A stretch of 51,461 nt of DNA, the filler included, from Diploschistes diacapsis (Eukaryota), in the NCBI GenBank assembly GCA_023645945.1. It is 3 parts of 3 records of this genome, joined end to end, with 100 filler letters (N's around TTAATTAATTAA, not from the genome) between each part and the next. Parts side by side here need not be neighbours in the genome. Positions count along the whole stretch, not along the records: positions 34,381 to 51,461 come from JALAIB010000472.1; 2 more parts are not named here. One strand, 5' to 3'. Below are positions 48,080-51,461 of the stretch, piece by piece (positions within the stretch are counted from its first letter, which is position 1; every line of letters starts with the position of its first letter). The notes under the pieces were generated by a model. That model was not told the DNA's origin. It saw nothing but the letters and a program-made list of their open reading frames with translations, and ran no database searches. The position numbers and the translations under genes were made by a program.

Positions 48080-49200
48080 AAGGGGTAGACGGAGCCAGCG
48101 ACACCAACGTTCCCCGCGGCTTACGAGTCTTGTCTGCATCTGCGTCGCTAAGATCTTACCACCAGCGTCATCTTAGCCACTTTCAAACGCTCCTGTGGTC
48201 AACGAGGGCAAGGAATAAAGTCTTTACAAAGCGATGTCTATCGCTCTGAACCAATGGGCACGTTTCCGAAGTCGTTGTGCGAGGAGCCTGCTATCACATT
48301 GTTATCGTATCTTAGTAAGAGATTGAGGATGGAAGATGGGGGGGGGGTCGCCAGGAATCTTCGGAGTCGATCCAGGAGCTAGCTTGGAGAGTGGCAAAGT
48401 ACACGAACGAAAGCTTTTGAGTACCGGGGGACGGTAGGCAGAATGAGGCTACTTTTGGCGCCGAAGTGATTGTACCCTAGTTCGAATGCAAACAGTTAAA
48501 GAAAGGGCAGATGTCTCGGATGATGGGGGCCGTGGATTGGTCTGGATGGCTTAGACTCTTGCATACATGTACCATGGCCCCCGTGGCACGTCAAAGGCGA
48601 TGGCTGGGAGCTAACACACGGCACCAGACGTAGCGGATGGAGGTAAACGAGGCATCGGAAATAGGTTTTGAAGCCCTTGGTACGAGAGCCTCTCCATCGC
48701 TGCCCACTCCCTCGCAGGTACGTAAACAGCGCGATCAGACCACGTCCAAAAATAGAAGGATGCATGCACGATGCAACTCTGACCTATGGGCCTACAGGAG
48801 TAAGAGTATGTATGTATACAAACCCCTGGTATCCTTGATGACCTTTCATCATACCATATATCATGGCTTTGTGCGTGTACTGTAACTAGCGCACACTATT
48901 CCTTGAGCCCCCATATGCTTTTTGCCCACAGTGGCTTTTGACCATCTTTCCTTTCTTACTTCTTCCCCACTCCCCGTACTACTGCTGCTGCTGCTGCTGC
49001 TGCTGTATGCTCTGGCACACAGTCCTCAGTACTATACCTCATTATAGTAATGCTACTTACTAGCATGCGAAGGCATACGAGCTAGATGCGCTGCCAGCTC
49101 ACCACCCAACGGCCACCGCCGCGACGATCAGGCATCGCCTTGACCGTCATGCGATCCGTCTCTCGGAAGTCGTACGTAGATGGAACGATGCGACTGGCGA

Positions 49201-49297
49201 TGGTGGTCGGTGGTCGGTGGTCGGTGGTCGGGGTAGGTAGGTAGGTAGGCAAGTAGGCAGGCAGGCAGGTAGGTAGGTAGGTAGGTAGGTAGGTAGG
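49201..49297. repeat. Compound (GGTGGTC)n and (GGTA/GGCA)n microsatellite
   Basis: Visible tandem units. Confidence 0.9.
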
Positions 49298-49890
49298 CTG
49301 GCATGTTGTTTACGTTTGTGTAGCTTGTTAGGTAAATTTGCTCTGCATCGAGGCAGGAACAGCAAAGCAAATTAAAAGGGGCGCTTCTTCTTGTTTCGTG
49401 TCTTTTTCTGTTTTTTTTTCTTTTTCTTTTTAATTTCTTCGTCTTCTGCATCTCCACACTCGAGTCAAAAGTAACTACTACACTTACCTACCTACCACTA
49501 CCACCATTGTTTTATTTTACTATATAGTCAGCAAATCTACGCCCCGACTTTCGACCTCTCTTCTCATATCATATTTGAACAAGAAGAGTGCAAGTCCACC
49601 AAAAAAAGCATTCATACTGGCCAGACATTTCCCAAGACCGCAATTTTGCCAGCACAATTACAGAGACCTCGAGTACCCTTGCAACACCCTATTTTCCCTC
49701 GCTCCGTTTCTCCCATCGCTGCTATCAAGTCGAGGAACATAGTCTCTGCCACTGCCTCGACTACCTGCTTGGTAGCTTCTCCCTCTCAGTTTCCTGTTCT
49801 TGTGTGGACATGCTTTAGACCCTTCACCCAGTCTCGATATTTCACCTTTTTCGCACAAACGGCACCCCCCTACCTTTTCATTCCAGCATT

Positions 49891-51461
49891 ATGGCGGAGA
49901 CGAGCAACAGCACCGACAAGCCTGCCGTTCTGATTGTTGGAGGCCTAGGTGAGTCGAGAATCTCCCGTTTAAATCTGGGGAAGAGGTCGATGGGGGCCGT
50001 ACTACTTGTTTACAACGGGCAGCCGCCACATGTCATGGTATATATGAGCGATTAGCCTGTGAAGACACAGCAGTTTTCTGTCCACGGAGCGTGGAGCTAT
50101 TTCTATAATGCAGAGCTCGTTTGGAAAGCCCATGTAGCATCCGTATCCGCAACAGGCCCCGTCAAGCACCTTGCCCAACGTTTCGGAAGTACCAGCTTTG
50201 CAGTTGCTCGTGAAGACTTTTTGCTGACAACTGCGTCTTTCTAGGCTACATTGGTCGCTTCCTCGCTTTATACATTCACCAGAACCATCTTGCCAGCGAG
50301 GTCCGACTTGTGGACAAGGTTCTCCCACAGCTAGCATGGCTCGCTCCCGAATTCTCCGAGGCCTGCTCCGCAGACAAATTCATGCAGGCAGATGCCGCAC
50401 GTGAACGTACGTTCTCTCCACTCCCACGTACACTTACTATAAAGAAAGAAAATCTGCCGACAACATTTTCCCTTTTAGGCTTAACGCAGCATTGACCTGT
50501 CCTTTCAGAAAGCCTTTCCAAAATCTTCGCCCCAACCCACGCCCCCCAGTACACCCACGTCTTCAACTGCGGCGGCGAAACGCGTTACTCGCAAGAAGAC
50601 TCCGTCTACAACATCCGCTCCGTCGCCCTCACGAAGGCACTCGCCCGCGAATGTGCCCGCCGCCGCATCCCTTCCTACGTCGAGTTCAGCACGGGCATGG
50701 TCTACAAGCCGCCCTCCTCCTCCACCATCTCCAGCGGCGGCTGCACCGAAACCTCCTCGCTGAAGCCCTGGCTCAAGCTCGCAAAGCACAAGCTCGCCGC
50801 AGAAGAAGCCCTCGAGCGGATCCGGCAGGAGTTCGCCGCGACGGGCCAGGGCGAGCTGCGGTACGCGATCCTCCGCCTGGCGCACGTGTACGGCGACTAC
50901 GACGTCGGCTTCCTCGCGCGCGGCCTGTGCCTCGCGCGCGTCTACCAGTCCAAGGCCGAGGAAATGAAGTGGCTGTACGGCCGCGAGCTGCGCATCAACA
51001 CGGTGCACGTCCTCGACTGCGTCGCCGCCGCCTGGCTCGCCGCGCAGTGGGGCGCCACCGTGACGCCCTCGGACCCGGAACTCCGGGCCCCGCCGCAGTC
51101 GCCCGCCAGCCCGTCGGGCTTCAACGCGGGCCTGCTGGCGGGGGCGTCGGCGCGCGCCTTCAACGTCGCGGACTCGGGCGACACGAGCCAGGCGATGATG
51201 GCCACCATCGTCCACGAGCTGTTCGACATCCCGACGGGCTTCCAGAACACGCTGGTCAGCACGTTCGCGCGCTTCAATCTCGACTCCGTCGTGGACGACG
51301 TCAACGAGGACGTGCTGCAGCCGTGGGCGGACCTGCTGGCGGAACGGGGCATCACGCGGCCGGGGCCGATAGGGCCGTTCATGGAGAAGGAGCTGCTGAG
51401 GGACTGTGACTTGTGTCTCGATTCCTCGAGGGCAAGGAGGGTGCTTGGATGGAGGGAGGGG
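49891..51461 (+). CDS. NAD-dependent epimerase/dehydratase family protein, runs off the window end; introns 49949-50244, 50407-50508
   Basis: KPAVLIVGGLG|YIGRFLA Rossmann motif, VDKVLPQLAWLAPEF, VFNCGGETRYSQ, LKPW..LAKHKL, ILRLAHVYGDYD. Confidence 0.88.

Noticed and set aside
50492..51409. 305-aa Arg-rich ORF and antisense ORFs
   Set aside because: Off-frame shadows of the GC3-rich epimerase exon.
1..51461. tRNA, rRNA, CRISPR arrays, prokaryotic systems
   Set aside because: None recognised by eye; the DNA is intron-containing fungal sequence. A tRNAscan/Infernal run would be needed to exclude small RNAs.

Overview
Filamentous ascomycete (Pezizomycotina) nuclear DNA with short GT-AG introns, made of three contigs joined by artificial 100-nt spacers (44 N + TTAATTAATTAA + 44 N at 17096-17195 and 34281-34380), so adjacency across spacers is unproven. 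Segment 1 carries SPC3, XRN1, an RDR1-like Zn2Cys6 pseudogene, a Sid1-like kinase, RPL4 and a C->T-riddled multi-exon gene relic. Segment 2 is accessory-like: a 2OG-Fe(II) dioxygenase, a transposon relic, two paralogues sharing a C-terminal domain I do not recognise (one carrying a Nup98-type GLEBS motif and a single in-frame UGA), a decayed secreted-peptide gene, then GH128 and GH16/Crh cell-wall genes. Segment 3 has a RIP-mutated Gypsy fragment plus LTR, MPH1/FANCM, a 4-TM protein, methylmalonate-semialdehyde dehydrogenase, ATP3, TOP1 and a truncated NAD-dependent epimerase. Best leads: the GLEBS-bearing paralogue pair; tandem 5' splice donors giving the Crh gene two overlapping-frame GPI tails; a TOP1 upstream presequence-like ORF interrupted by UGA-C plus an in-frame open intron; and a putative structured RNA in the epimerase intron. 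All calls are by eye and from recalled family motifs; no searches were run.
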